Below, piece after piece: positions 13,884 through 25,479 of a stretch of DNA of 64,000 nt. Position 1 is the first letter of the stretch, and each line of letters begins with the position of its first letter. Below the pieces are notes generated by a model, which was not told the origin of the DNA, made no database searches, and saw only the letters and a program-made list of their open reading frames with translations. The stretch comes from Octopus sinensis (Eukaryota): positions 143,902,001 through 143,966,000 of the forward strand of contig NC_042999.1 of the NCBI RefSeq assembly GCF_006345805.1, written 5' to 3'. A program made the position numbers and the translations under genes.

Positions 13884-14144
13884 AAAAAGTCAAGACAGAA
13901 AATGCTAAAATAATTTTATAAAGAACATTTCAGTACCGGTTTCAGTCATTTGAGACCTTTTCAACTGTAACAATTAAATAATTAAATTTATAAAAATTAA
14001 AAGAAAAGTTTTTTTTAAAGAATATTTGTATAGTGTTCAAATATAAGTGGCATTTTCCTTGTTTCTGCCTTTCTCTGTCTCTCTTGTTTACATTTGTTCT
14101 TTATAAAATTATTTTAGCAGTTTCTATCTTGACTTGTTTTTTCA
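13879..14144 (-). mobile_element. ~265-bp element with ~49-bp terminal inverted repeats embedded in (TA)n; probable Penelope-like (PLE) 3' relic
   Basis: 13879-13927 is the reverse complement of 14095-14144 (2 substitutions, 1 indel). It encloses a hammerhead motif. The PLE assignment is inferred from the ribozyme plus the inverted arrangement. Confidence 0.55.
13926..13971 (-). ncRNA. Minimal type I hammerhead ribozyme motif, U3-A8 core variant
   Basis: Minus strand GUUACAG-UUGAAAA-GGUC UCAAAU GACU-GAAA-C CG GUA-CUGAAAU: stem I, core, 4-bp stem II, GAAA, palindromic ACCGGU stem III, GUA cleavage triplet. Confidence 0.65.
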
Positions 14145-14180
14145 TATATATCAACTCGTGTGTTCGTTTACATCCATAAA

Positions 14181-14216
<36 letters not shown>

Positions 14217-15482
14217 CGAGGGACGTTCAATATGTAATCCCCCTGACCCACTTGCATGTGCAATTATTTATATCTCTATAGATTAAGTGGCAAATTACAG
14301 CTCTGAACTCATTATGGTTTCTGATTTACAGGTGTTTGAACTGAGTCAAGTGTGAAATGGAGCCTGTTGAGTGTCGATCAGTGATCCGGTTTTTGTATTT
14401 GAAAGGACGCACACCACGGGAGACTTTTGCTGAAATGAAAGTAACTTATGGTGATGATTCCTCATCATATGATCTTGTAAAACGCTGGCATCGTGAATTT
14501 AAACATGGTCGGAACTCTGTGGAAACAGCTCCCAGATCTGGTCGCCTCCTTTCTGCCATTGATGAGGCATCTGTCCGTCAAGTTGAGGCTGCCATTTTGG
14601 AAGATCGATGCATAACTATTCGCCAAATAGCCCACCAGGTCAAGATTAGTACCGGGTCTGTGGAAACTATCATTCATGACCATTTGTATATGCAAAAGGT
14701 GTCTGCCAGATGGATTCCCAGGTTGCTCACACCTTTCCAGAAGCAAGAACGCGTCGAGTGCTCGAGGATGAATTTGGAGATGTGCCAAGAAGATGAGTCA
14801 AAATTTTTCAAAAGACTGATTACACAGGATGAAACCTGGGTCCATCACTATGATCCAGAGACCAAAGCCCAGTCAATGCAGTGGAAGCACCGTGACTCAC
14901 CTCCTCCAAAGGAGGCAAGGATGCAGCCCTTCGCTGGCAAGGTCATGCTCACAGTCCTCTGGGACCAGGACGGAGTAGTGATGACAGATTTCCTGGCAAA
15001 GGGTACCACAATTACAGGAGCCTATTATGCTTTACTTTTCAGGAAATTAAGAGAAGCTATCAAAATCAAGAGGCGGGGCAAGATCAGCAAAGGCATTCTC
15101 CTCCTGCAGGACAACGTTCCGGTCCACAACTCGCGTGTCGCCAGATCAGAAGTACAGGCGTGCGGCTATGAACTCTTTCCCCATCCCCCCTACTCTCCTG
15201 AACTTGCACCCCCTGATTTTCACCTCTACCCATCCATGAAGTTGTTTTTGAAAGGAAAGCGTTTCCCAGATGATGCAGCCTTGATTTCTGAAGTCACGTC
15301 ATGGTTGGAGGACCAAGCTGAGGTCTTCTACAAAAACGGTCTCCAGAGCTGCATCAAACGATGGGATAAATGCGTAACTCTGGGTGGTTCCTATGTAGAA
15401 AAAAACTAATAACTGTGCTAAGTTTCGTTGCTCTACTGCTATGGGAAGTGGGTCAGGGGCATTACTTATTGAACGGCCCTCG
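14217..15482 (+). mobile_element. Full-length mariner transposon, 1266 bp, 37-bp TIRs, TA flanks
   Basis: Left CGAGGGACGTTCAATATGTAATCCCCCTGACCCACTT versus reverse-complemented right CGAGGGCCGTTCAATAAGTAATGCCCCTGACCCACTT (3 mismatches); sits in (TA)n. The TACGAGGG end and WIPRLL motif suggest the irritans-type subfamily. Confidence 0.95.
14357..15409 (+). CDS. Mariner DD34D transposase, 350 aa, uninterrupted ORF
   Basis: N-terminal HTH region, WIPRLL linker, TQDETW, LQDNVPVH, YSPELAPPDFHL; 34 residues between the second and third Asp. Confidence 0.95.
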   Translation: MEPVECRSVIRFLYLKGRTPRETFAEMKVTYGDDSSSYDLVKRWHREFKHGRNSVETAPRSGRLLSAIDEASVRQVEAAILEDRCITIRQIAHQVKISTGSVETIIHDHLYMQKVSARWIPRLLTPFQKQERVECSRMNLEMCQEDESKFFKRLITQDETWVHHYDPETKAQSMQWKHRDSPPPKEARMQPFAGKVMLTVLWDQDGVVMTDFLAKGTTITGAYYALLFRKLREAIKIKRRGKISKGILLLQDNVPVHNSRVARSEVQACGYELFPHPPYSPELAPPDFHLYPSMKLFLKGKRFPDDAALISEVTSWLEDQAEVFYKNGLQSCIKRWDKCVTLGGSYVEKN

Positions 15483-16049
15483 TATATATATATATATTAT
15501 ATATATATATATATATATACACCCATATATTTATAGAAATTAAATAAAGCATCTTGGTTAAAATTTCCGTGATAAATTAATTTGTATAAACTGTTTCTAT
15601 AGTCTTTTTCTGAACGACTTCTACTTAATGCTGTTTCTTCTGCTTTTTCTTTTTTTCTTTTTTCGTACGTAGTTTTGTTCATCTGAATATCTTCACGCGA
15701 TCCACCACCGGAACAAACAAAATATAGCCGTTTTATGATGAATTAAACTTGAGTGTTTTTTAGATTGAAAAATAAAATTACCTCATTTTAAAATAGTATT
15801 TTTTTATTTCATGACTTAACGTGACAATAATCTTTTCTGCAATAGGCACAAGGCCTGAAATTTGGGAGAAGAAATACTCGATTACATCCACCCTAGTGCT
15901 CAAATAGTACTTTATTCTTTGACCCCGAAAGGCTAAAAGGCAAAGTCGACCTCAGCGGAAACTTTTACTTAAAAAGATGCTCTATAGTGTGGAATTTTAT
16001 GCTTCTATAACAATTGCGGCTCGGCAAATTCAGGCTCCTCATTTCGCAG

Positions 16050-17170
16050 ACAACAGCAACAACCAACCGATAGGCCCTCTGTCACAGCTCAGAAAATATT
16101 CATTAACATCGCTGGATACATGTTACAAACTTTCGCCCTGAGTTTATAAATCATATCCATGACCATGGATGTTATTTATAATTACATCTATGGGTACATA
16201 AGAAAAGGCATTATATTGTACTTGCTATCGACATTTTCCGGACTAATCAAAAGCAGCACTTTCACTCAGACAAACTCTTTTGATCAGAAGCATGCAGCTG
16301 GGCAAAATGGTATTTTGGTTATCCACCATGTTACAATTCTGTATCGCAGCTGCTTTTATGCAGACATTTCGAAACCAGAGCTTTCATTTCTTGTGTGCTA
16401 CGTGTTTGCCAATATTATCTGTGAAACGCTTATTGGACGCCGAACTACTGTACCTGACGCTGAGTCCTACTGGTATTGACGTTCATATACATGTCGTCCA
16501 AAGTTATAGTGGTATCTCAGCCATAAGCAACTGAATTAATATTTAGAGTCTGTATTTACTGTCATATTCAGCGACTCTTGACTACATGAAAAAATGTAAA
16601 ATATGCGGGAGAATTTTTCGCTGTATTACAGCAGCTTTGTCTCTTCCTGAGTCGGTCAATTGTGCATCATAATATTTTACGGCTCTGGGAAGAAACAGAT
16701 TGACAGTGTTGAAAATCAAGTGCAATATAAGCTGGATCAGTTTGCATGCCTCATGTCATGCTGTGCATTGAAAGATTCCATTTGTTCTGGACATTCTTTC
16801 CTATTTCAGTGATCATACTAAATCATTTGAGCAGGTTAGCAAACAATTTAATCATTGCAAACGTTTCTGTTCTCCTCATACCCTTTGACCAAATTCTGCT
16901 ATGAATAAAACCATTAGCCAATTTTCGCTATGCTTCAATCCATTTCACTGCTTATGCATGCAGAAAGCGAATTTATATAATGAATTTGAACGATACCAGC
17001 TGGGCAGCGAAGGTATATGGTCTATTATCAAGACTTATTAGGAGTAACCAGCTGATTTGGGAGCAGCTAAATTGGTGAGGCAAAAGGCCACAATATTTGA
17101 CGTACTCAGTGACCATAGAAGATTTTGGAAGCCGGTGGACAATCAGGCAGGACCCTTCGACAATTTTTGG
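16050..17170 (+). pseudogene. Probable decayed hAT (ZMYM1/Tip100-like) transposase
   Basis: Broken frames give YADISKPELSFLVCYV (cf. TPDISHxxQLSFVxRYV), GEFFAVLQQL and LKIKCNISWISLHASCHAV (cf. LxxxxxTRWxxRxxA), in the expected order. Confidence 0.45.
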
Positions 17171-17330
17171 CATGAGACATTCATCCTTCTGTTAGACTAG
17201 ATTTGATTAGAGCTTAGACGTCACTTTCGCACAGAAAACCGTAATGTCATGAGGAGCCTTTTCTGTCTATATACACATACACAGACTCGTACATATATGC
17301 AAACACACACACACAGAAATACACACACAC

Positions 17331-17361
<31 letters not shown>

Positions 17362-17384
17362 TACATACATACACACACACACAT

Positions 17385-17461
<77 letters not shown>

Positions 17462-18660
17462 TATGGGGTCCTCAAGTATGAAATTTGTAGTTTTGTAGTA
17501 AGGTATATGTTAAACTTTGACAGCTGCTCATTTTGTGTCATTATTATATTTTGACAATCTTTATAAATCGTTTTTTTCTTTTTTTTTTCTTGCTATTTTT
17601 GCTTAGAGATGGATAAGTCGAAAAATCACAGACAATATAATGCATCACAGACAACTCGGAATATTAATGGAGTATTTCATTCTAATGTTATTACACAGCA
17701 GACACTATCAAATTGGTTTGCAAAATTTCGTTCGGGTAACTTTGACCTCACAAATGAGCAACGCGGTCGACAAGAAACAAAAGTGGATAATGACGAACTG
17801 AAACCCACCGTTGCGTCAGATCTATCTCAAAGTGCCCGTGAATTATCGTTGTTGTTTGGTGTTAGCAAGCAAATAATATTGACTCACCTAGTTCAAATCG
17901 GTAAAGTGAAACATTTGGATAAGTGGGTTCCACATGAACTCAATTAAAATCAGAAATAGCAACGTTTGGAAGCCTGCATTATGCTACTTTCTCATCACAA
18001 AAGTAAATATTTTTTAATTGAATTTTAACATGTGATGAGAAATGGATCCAATACATTCAGCACAATGGCTGGAGAAAGACAAGTCACCAAAACACAGTCC
18101 AAAAAGCAAAATTCACCAAAAGAAGCTGATGGTGTGTGTTTCGTGGTCTGGCGCAGGTGTGATCCATTATAATTTCATTAAACCAGTTTCATCAATCACG
18201 GCCGAAGTATACTGCAGCCAACTGGACCAAATGATGCAGAAGCTTACAAAAAAGAAAACAGCTTAGATTACTCAACCGATCCACTCCTATTTTATTGCAA
18301 AACAACGCCAGAACACACATCGCAAAAATGACATTGGCGAAACTACAGGAGTTCTCCTTCATCCACCATACTCACTTGATCTTGACTCCACTGACTACCA
18401 CTTCTTCCAAAATTTGGATAACTTTTTGATAGGAAAAAAATTTAATTCCGACGATGCTGTAAAACAGACCTTCCAAGATTTTATTGACTCTAGATTGCCA
18501 AGTTTTTACAGTTCCGGGATGGACAAGCTACCACTCAAATGGCAAAAGTGTATTGACAATATGGGTGCATACTTTGATGAATAAAACTATTCCTTGTATT
18601 TATAAAACATTAGCAAACCTTTTTTCCTTTTCTACAAATTTCATACTTGACGTTGCAGGA
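17462..18660 (+). mobile_element. Decayed mariner (Hsmar1/SETMAR-like, WVPHEL)
   Basis: WFAKFRSGNFDL...LDKWVPHEL, TCDEKW, KKLMVCVSWS and HPPYSLDLDSTDYH across stops and frameshifts; inverted repeat TCAAGTATGAAATTTGTAG at 17472-17490 and 18632-18650. Confidence 0.9.
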
Positions 18661-18848
18661 AAACTTAATTGTAAAGTTTGCGGTAGCCAAGAAATTTTAA
18701 CTGTTCAAAATTAAATACGTTTGCAATGCAGTGGGAAGTTATTCTCGTATTTAGCATTACAGTAACACATCCGAACTTGTTTCGGGCTCACTAGATCTTC
18801 ATTACAAGGTCTTAGAATGACTAAATACCTGTAGGATTTTACACAAAG

Positions 18849-18884
<36 letters not shown>

Positions 18885-18989
18885 ACACACACACGCAGTA
18901 TGTTCGGAAGTGATATGGTAAAGTATATGTGCAGATAAGAGTTGTATCCACATCTAGTTCTGTTTAGCTTGTCAGATATAGGTGTCAGA

Positions 18990-19260
18990 ACCAAGCAGAA
19001 AAGGAGTAGAGAGGGTCTCCCTGGAATATTCCTCTTCTAATGGGATGGTTTGGTTTTTATGAGTCTCTCTTTTGTCTGGAGGTGTAGCAGTATTTGCTAC
19101 TTATTCGTAGGATGTTTTATATATTTCATGATTATGGGTGCTACCTTGTTCGTAGCTAATGTTTCTAGGATCCATGTGTGGGGAATACTATCAAAAGCCT
19201 TTTGGTAATCAATCCAAGCGATGTTTAGACCCTACTTTTTCCTAAAGCTGTCTCCAGTCA
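18990..19260 (-). mobile_element. R4/Dong LINE RT fragment (family A-like)
   Basis: Similar to 36660-36900; encodes the GIFQGD motif region. Confidence 0.7.
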
Positions 19261-19359
19261 TGGTTTTATTGATCAATAGCTGATCTTTACATCCGTATGA
19301 TCCCTTGCAGCATCCCTATTATAATTTATTATTATCTTTTATCACAGATTTTGTTGGAG

Positions 19360-20160
19360 TCTTGCATGCGTAGCGGGTTTACTACATGCAGCCTACGGTA
19401 CCATGCCATTGTTATTTTCAGCTATCTTATACTTTCCTGATTATCCTGGCCGTGTCAAGGAGGCACATATTTTTTAACAGCTCTACTGGGCACTCTATTC
19501 CAATTTCCTTTGTATTCCCCTTGATACCTTCTGATACTGTTCATAAAGACCCAACTATAATTGACACTATCTTCACCTTCTTTATTTTCCATAGCCGGGC
19601 TGCTTCATACTTGAGAGGGTTGTATTTATCTGTCATTCCGGCTTCCTTGATTATTCATGGGTCAAAGGGGCATGCAACATCAACTATATAGCATATGTGG
19701 GGCACCTTATCCACCATCACTAGCTCCGGTCTGTTATGCTCTAGCACCTGATCTGTTTGGATTAGGAAATCCCAGAGGATTTTACTAGTCTCCCACTCTG
19801 CTGCTCTCTGTGGTTTGTGATCATACCACGTCTTGCCTCTCTTTAGCCCACACTTTCCAATGTAGCACTTTCGCTACTTGATCGTGTCCCCACACCATAC
19901 AGTAGTTTTGGGCAGGTCCAGAGCATTCTTTATCGATACGGGCAATGGTTCCATCCACTCTGTTGCAGATGCAGCACAGCGGAAATACTTGCTCATTCCT
20001 CAGGTTCGTGGCCAAAACTTAATCTTGCGATGTCAGTATAGTGCTCTCGGTTTCTTTTTCTAAGTATTCCTTTCATCAACCAATCTCATATATGTTTTCC
20101 AGCAACATGTGACTATATGGAATTGATTGTATAGTCCCTTCTTTCGTAATACTTCTTCAT
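19360..20160 (-). mobile_element. R4/Dong LINE 3' portion (zinc knuckle, endonuclease, 3' UTR; family F)
   Basis: CCICN...HDQVAKVLHWK, ILWDFLIQTDQVLEHNRPEL, IVDVACPFDP; a second fragment of the same 3' end lies at about 21135-21275. Confidence 0.75.
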
Positions 20161-20295
20161 GTCCTCTTGCTTTGTATTTGTACAAGTTGCCTCCAAGTCT
20201 CACCCAGAGAAGGCAAGAGACAAGTTACATTTCAAGTTGGTGTTATGACTAGGGTATTATTATTATCATCATCATCATCATCCTCATTATCATCA

Positions 20296-20328
<33 letters not shown>

Positions 20329-20345
20329 TATTATTATTATTATTA

Positions 20346-20555
20346 AGGCGGTGAGCTGGCAGAATCATTACCACGCTGGATGAAATGCTTAGCGGTATTT
20401 CACTCATCTTTATGTTCTGAGTTCAAATTCCACCGAAGTCGATTTTGCCTTTTATGACTCCGGGGTTGATTAAATAAGTACCAGTAACACAGTGGGGTCC
20501 TTGTAAACAGCCTCTCCCCCAAACTTTCAAGCCTTGTGTCGATAGTAGGAAGGAT
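20346..20555 (+). mobile_element. SINE (GTCGA-core family)
   Basis: GGCGGTGAGCTGGCAGAATC...GAGTTCAAATTCC...GTCGATTTTGCCTTT...AATAAGTACCAG. Confidence 0.8.
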
Positions 20556-20593
20556 CATTGTTGTTGTTGTTGTTGTTGTTGTTATTGTTATTC

Positions 20594-21093
20594 AGTGAGA
20601 GAGTAGTGCATGCCATCAAGGTAACACTGGGGTGCAAATATACGAAGCCCAGTATACCCATCATGACTACTTGTCTGATAAGGGTACATCAGGCACATGC
20701 ATCACAACCATATGTGCGTGACAATGCTATTTTATATCAAGATAAACAGTTAGTATTTTCTTCGAGATGATTAGCCCATCCCGCTCGAAAGGACCCCGAA
20801 TAAGGTTTGTTTAAGGATGTTGATCGAAAACAAATGTTTCAGCGGTGAATTATTCAAACTTCAAAGAATTCCCCTCGCACATGGCTATGATGCTCACCCA
20901 CTGCTTCTGCTCGTGAGGCACATATCGTCAGCCACTAAGGGACATACTCATCTGGTTAAAGTGTAACAACTAACAAGCAAATCTGTGGTATTGAGCAGAA
21001 TATTTGTTGTAGTCCATCTTTTATACCACGACAAAACATGTACATGATAACACTTCCAATCAGTTAAGATCAGAAACCATTAGAGCCAGTGCA
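20594..21093 (-). mobile_element. Unassigned ~570-bp repeat, copy 1
   Basis: Colinear with copies at 22319, 39603, 40397, 59609 and 60042. The strand is inferred from the microsatellite-tail end. Confidence 0.85.
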
Positions 21094-21302
21094 ATTATTA
21101 TTATTACTATTTGTTCCTCTTTATCAAATGTTTTGTTGGAGCTCCTGGAGTCGTGCATGCGTAGCGGGCTTGCTACCTGCAGCTTACGGTACCATGTTAT
21201 CCGTTCTTTTCAGCTATCTAATACTTTCCTGATTTTTCTGGCCGTGCCAAGGAGCCAAACCTTTTGTAACAGTTCCTTTATATTATTATTATTATTATTA
21301 TT

Positions 21303-21649
21303 ATCATGGCTCAGTGGTTAGAGCGTCGAGCTTACGATCGTGAGGTTGTGAGCTCGAATCCCGGACCGGGCTGCGTGTTGTGTTCTTGAGCAAGGCACTT
21401 TATTTCACGTTGCTCCAGTTCACTCAGCTGTAGAAATGAGTTGCGACGTCACTGGTGCCAAGCTGTATCGACCTTTGTCTTTCCCTTGGATAACACTGGT
21501 GGCGTGGAGAGGGGAGGCTGGTATGCATGGGCGACTGCTGGTCTTCCATAAACAACCTTGCCCGGACTTGTGTCTAGGAGGGTAACTTTCTAGGTGCAAT
21601 CCCATGGTCATTCATGACCGAAGGGGTCTTTACCCTTACCCTTTACCCC

Positions 21650-21650
<1 letters not shown>
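21303..21650 (+). mobile_element. tRNA-derived SINE with a CORE-like central domain
   Basis: A box TGGCTCAGTGG (21307), B box GCTCGAATCC (21352), then GTGTTCTTGAGCAAGGCACTTTA. Confidence 0.85.
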
Positions 21651-21692
<42 letters not shown>

Positions 21693-21714
21693 TTTTTTTT
21701 TTTTTTTTATTATT

Positions 21715-22188
21715 GTACAGCTTATAACGTTGGAGATACTACGGTGTCAGCTGATCACTACCAGTGAACACCCCTTATTTTTCGAGCACCATCCAGAGTG
21801 TTTCAGTATCCGGTTGCAGGCAGTGCTGTTTTCTGCAAGTGTTCCACCCTTATTACAGCCCCTATTTGCTCCATGTACTTCTTAAGATTTTTACTCATTG
21901 TTCCTAGGTCTCTGACAATTATTGGTACTGCCACCGCCTTTTTAGCGACCACAACTGCTTGACTTCCCAATTTCAATTCTGTTTCCATTTTTTGGCGAGT
22001 GTCTTTCTGACACCTAAGAGAGAGAAACTCACTGTATACATAGTTAAGCCATTAAAATAAGCAGAATAGATTGTCCATTTATAAAGTCATGTGATAAAGA
22101 AAAGGGGAACGAAAGATAGAGAAAAAAAGAAAAAATATAAAAGTAAACAAAGAAAGTAAAGGGGAAAAAGGAAAGCAGATTCCCAGTA

Positions 22189-22190
<2 letters not shown>
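21715..22190 (-). mobile_element. Two abutting R4/Dong 3' fragments (family D 21715-21960; family C 3' UTR 21965-22190)
   Basis: LGTMSKNLKKYMEQIG matches 60845-61123; CAATTCTGTTTCCATT...GTCTT(T/C)CTGACACC matches about 50145-50180; (TAT)n on both outer sides. Confidence 0.75.
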
Positions 22191-22269
<79 letters not shown>

Positions 22270-22318
22270 TATTATTATTATTATTATTATTATCATTATT
22301 ATTATTATTATTATTATT

Positions 22319-22891
22319 GAGTGAGAGGGCAACGCATGCCATCACAGGGATACTGGGATAAAATATACGAAGCCCAATATACCCATCATGACTACCCGTT
22401 TGATAAGGGTACACCAGGCACATGCATCACAACCACATGGCGATATCATATCAAGATAAACAGCACATGAACTTGAAAATGGGGCCCAGTTAGTATTTTC
22501 TTCAGGTCAAGTAGTCCATCCCGCTCAAGTAGTCCATCCCGCTCAAGTAGTCCATCCCGCTCACTGAATATGGTTTGTTTAAAGATGATAAATAAAATAC
22601 CTATGTTTCAAGAGGTGAATTATTCAAACCCTAAAGAATTCCTCTCAACACATGGCTATGATGCTCCCCACTACTTCTGCTCTTGATCAGAGATGCTCAT
22701 ATTTTCAGCCACTAAGGGACATGCTCAACTAGTTAAGGTCAAACAACTGACAAGCAAAATCTGTGGTACTAAGCAGAATATTTGCTGGAGCCCATCTTTT
22801 TATACCAAGACAAAACAATGTACATGATAACACTTCCGATCAGTTAAGATCAAACGCCAAGAGAACAACTGTCTGGTACTGCATCAGGGCA
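22319..22891 (-). mobile_element. Unassigned ~570-bp repeat, copy 2, with an internal 18-bp x3 tandem
   Basis: CAAGTAGTCCATCCCGCT three times at 22508-22561. Confidence 0.85.
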
Positions 22892-24052
22892 AGTTTTTTC
22901 TATCATCATCATCATCATCATCATCAATATTATTATTCATGTAGTCTTGAATCCGTGAATGACGTGTCATATCCTTTGTTTAGGTAGGCAATTTATTCCA
23001 TAGCTAGGGACTTCTAACAATTTTCTCTCATGATGAGTCATTGTCAACATACACTTGATTCCTACCCAAGATTTACTCCAGCTTCCCTTCTATTTCTTAA
23101 ATAGTACAGCTGATCAATTTCCGCGAAGATCAATATATCATCAGCTAGCAATCCTGCCAATAATTAACATACCAACAGTAAATATAAGAAATCTGTGGTT
23201 GCCTTTGTTTAACATTTCTGTATAAGAGTAGTTCCCCTTTTGCCACCCTTCTAGTAAGTATTGAGCAGAATGGAGCTTTGAAATCTATTCCTAAAACTTT
23301 CTATTTTGGTATCATTAGTTATTCTCTGTTCTTATTTTTGTTCAATAGATTTGGTCTTATTTTGCTGTTCTCAATTCTATAAGCGAATATAGTTTAGATT
23401 GCTTTTATGTTTCAGTTTGTTACTCCAAATAACCTGATCAATAATATGTTGACTCACCTGTATCTGGCACTATATTATCTTAATGTTCTTTAATGCAGTT
23501 CAGTTCCGAATAGAATTTCCTTTCATTGTTTTTAAACTTTCTATGCTCTATTTAATGTCAGCTTTTTTGCTTTATATATTTTCTGTACAATATTCCTGAA
23601 TGTTGCGACGAGTCGGCAGAAGCAGAGAAAATGTTGGGCGGCATTTTTTCTGTATTTATTTTCTGAGTTCCAAAGCCACCGAAGTTCACTTTGCCTTTCA
23701 TTCTTTCGTGGTCGATAAAATAAGAGCTAGTTCAACACAGACCTTTCCTTAAAACTACTGGATTGTGCCAAATTTTGGAACCATTATTATTATTAAGGCC
23801 GCCATACTGTTAAGTCACAGCATCTAGTTACTTGTTTTTACTTCTTTCAATCATTAAGCTGCAGCCATGCTGAGGCCGCAGGGGAAATTTTTAGTTGAAT
23901 GTATCAACCTCAGGACTTATTCTTTAAAGTCTAGTGCTTCTTCTAACGGTCTCTTTGCCGAACCGGTAAGTTACGGGGACGTATACACACCAGTTTTTAA
24001 GTGGGTGACACAAAGACACGCACACACATACACACACGCACACACACGCATA

Positions 24053-24099
<47 letters not shown>

Positions 24100-24132
24100 A
24101 TAACCACGTGCTTTCACATACCAACTCTCTCA

Positions 24133-24183
<51 letters not shown>

Positions 24184-24188
<5 letters not shown>

Positions 24189-24872
24189 CAATTGAGGATA
24201 AAATCTTTAAAAGAAATTATCAGTAGTCAGCGTGAAAAACCTCGTAAGAGAAAAAATCCGTAAATTCTTCCTCTTTGAAAATATTCATTTATATTATATT
24301 GAGGGTACTACTATTCGTAGATACCAACACGCTAAGAGGGACCAATGCGGTCAAAACTACTAAAAATAAACAAAATTTTACCGAATGCAAAACTTCAAAA
24401 CACATCATTTTAAAAAAGAATTCAGTTACATATCACATGTGATTTCGCATTTAATGCAGAATATGCATTTCATGTTCATCAGTGCAACAAACTCAAGAAA
24501 TATAAGAGAAAAACATAACATTACAAGCTCGATAGCCAACCGTAGAATTCGTCGTAGCATGTACGAATGTTTATCTTTACATATCTATGAAAATGGCGGG
24601 CTTATTCGCAATGCATTTCGGTAACAAATTGTCTAGTCGGAATAAAAATTCAGTATTGAACTATTCCGGTGAAAAATATAAATTAACAATTGAGGATAAA
24701 ATCTTTAAAAGAAATTATCAGTAGTCAGCGTGAAAAACCTCGTAAGAGAAAAAATCCGTAAATTCTTCCTCTTTGAAAATATTCATTTATATTTTTATTT
24801 TTAGTAGTTTTGACCGCATTAGTCCCTCTTAGCGTGTTGGTATCTACGAATAGTAGTACCCTCAATATGATA
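24184..24872. mobile_element. TA-embedded element with a 110-bp direct repeat and a ~75-bp inverted repeat; possibly Penelope-like
   Basis: 24184-24295 is repeated at 24682-24793; 24298-24370 is the reverse complement of about 24794-24868 (1 mismatch seen). Confidence 0.7.
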
Positions 24873-25479
24873 TATAAAAAATTAAAAAATATATATATAT
24901 ATATATATACAACGGGCTTCTTTAAGTTTCTGTCTAGGAAATCCACTCACAAGTCTTTGGTCGGCGCATGGCCATAGTAGAAAGCACTCGCCTTGAACCA
25001 TGTGCTTGGGAAGTAATCTTATCGCATAGCCACTCACAGCGTTTTATCACTTCGTAAGTTTTAAGAGTCTTTTCCATCGTTTCAGTTTGCCAGGGATGTA
25101 TTTTGTGATAAAATTGTTTAAATTGTTATGGTAATATCTTGTTTAGAAATACCTTGTGTTGGTTTGTACATAATAGTTTTGTTTTGACCTACCTGAAAAC
25201 AAAGATTTTCGCATTTTTCAAATTCTTAAAAAATGTCGGAAAAAGAATTAATTAATAACACTCGACAATTAAAAGCGTTTCTTCCACTCCAAATCCCAAA
25301 GATAATAATGACGTGTCCTAAGATATCGGATTAGTGAATTAGTTAAACGAATGTTGACGAGCAATCATCAACAACAAATAGTTGCATGCTCTACAAAGGC
25401 GACTAAAATAGAATCAATAAGGCTTAGCAATAAAATAGCAATTAAAAAAAATATGACATAGAGGGAGATTTAGCTAGGC

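Noticed and set aside
21303-21375. tRNA gene-like sequence (also at 53241 and about 54385)
   Set aside because: A and B boxes continue into a SINE body; no proper acceptor stem, so these are SINE heads.
22508-22562. 18-bp x3 repeat as a CRISPR-like array
   Set aside because: No spacers; local slippage within the 570-bp repeat.
22990-23620. Possible LINE RT relic (LLADDILIFA on the minus strand)
   Set aside because: A single weak motif; too decayed to classify.
24325-24365. Active hammerhead in the inverted repeat
   Set aside because: Lacks G5, has AAAAC instead of GAAAC, and stem I does not pair; both arms share the defects.
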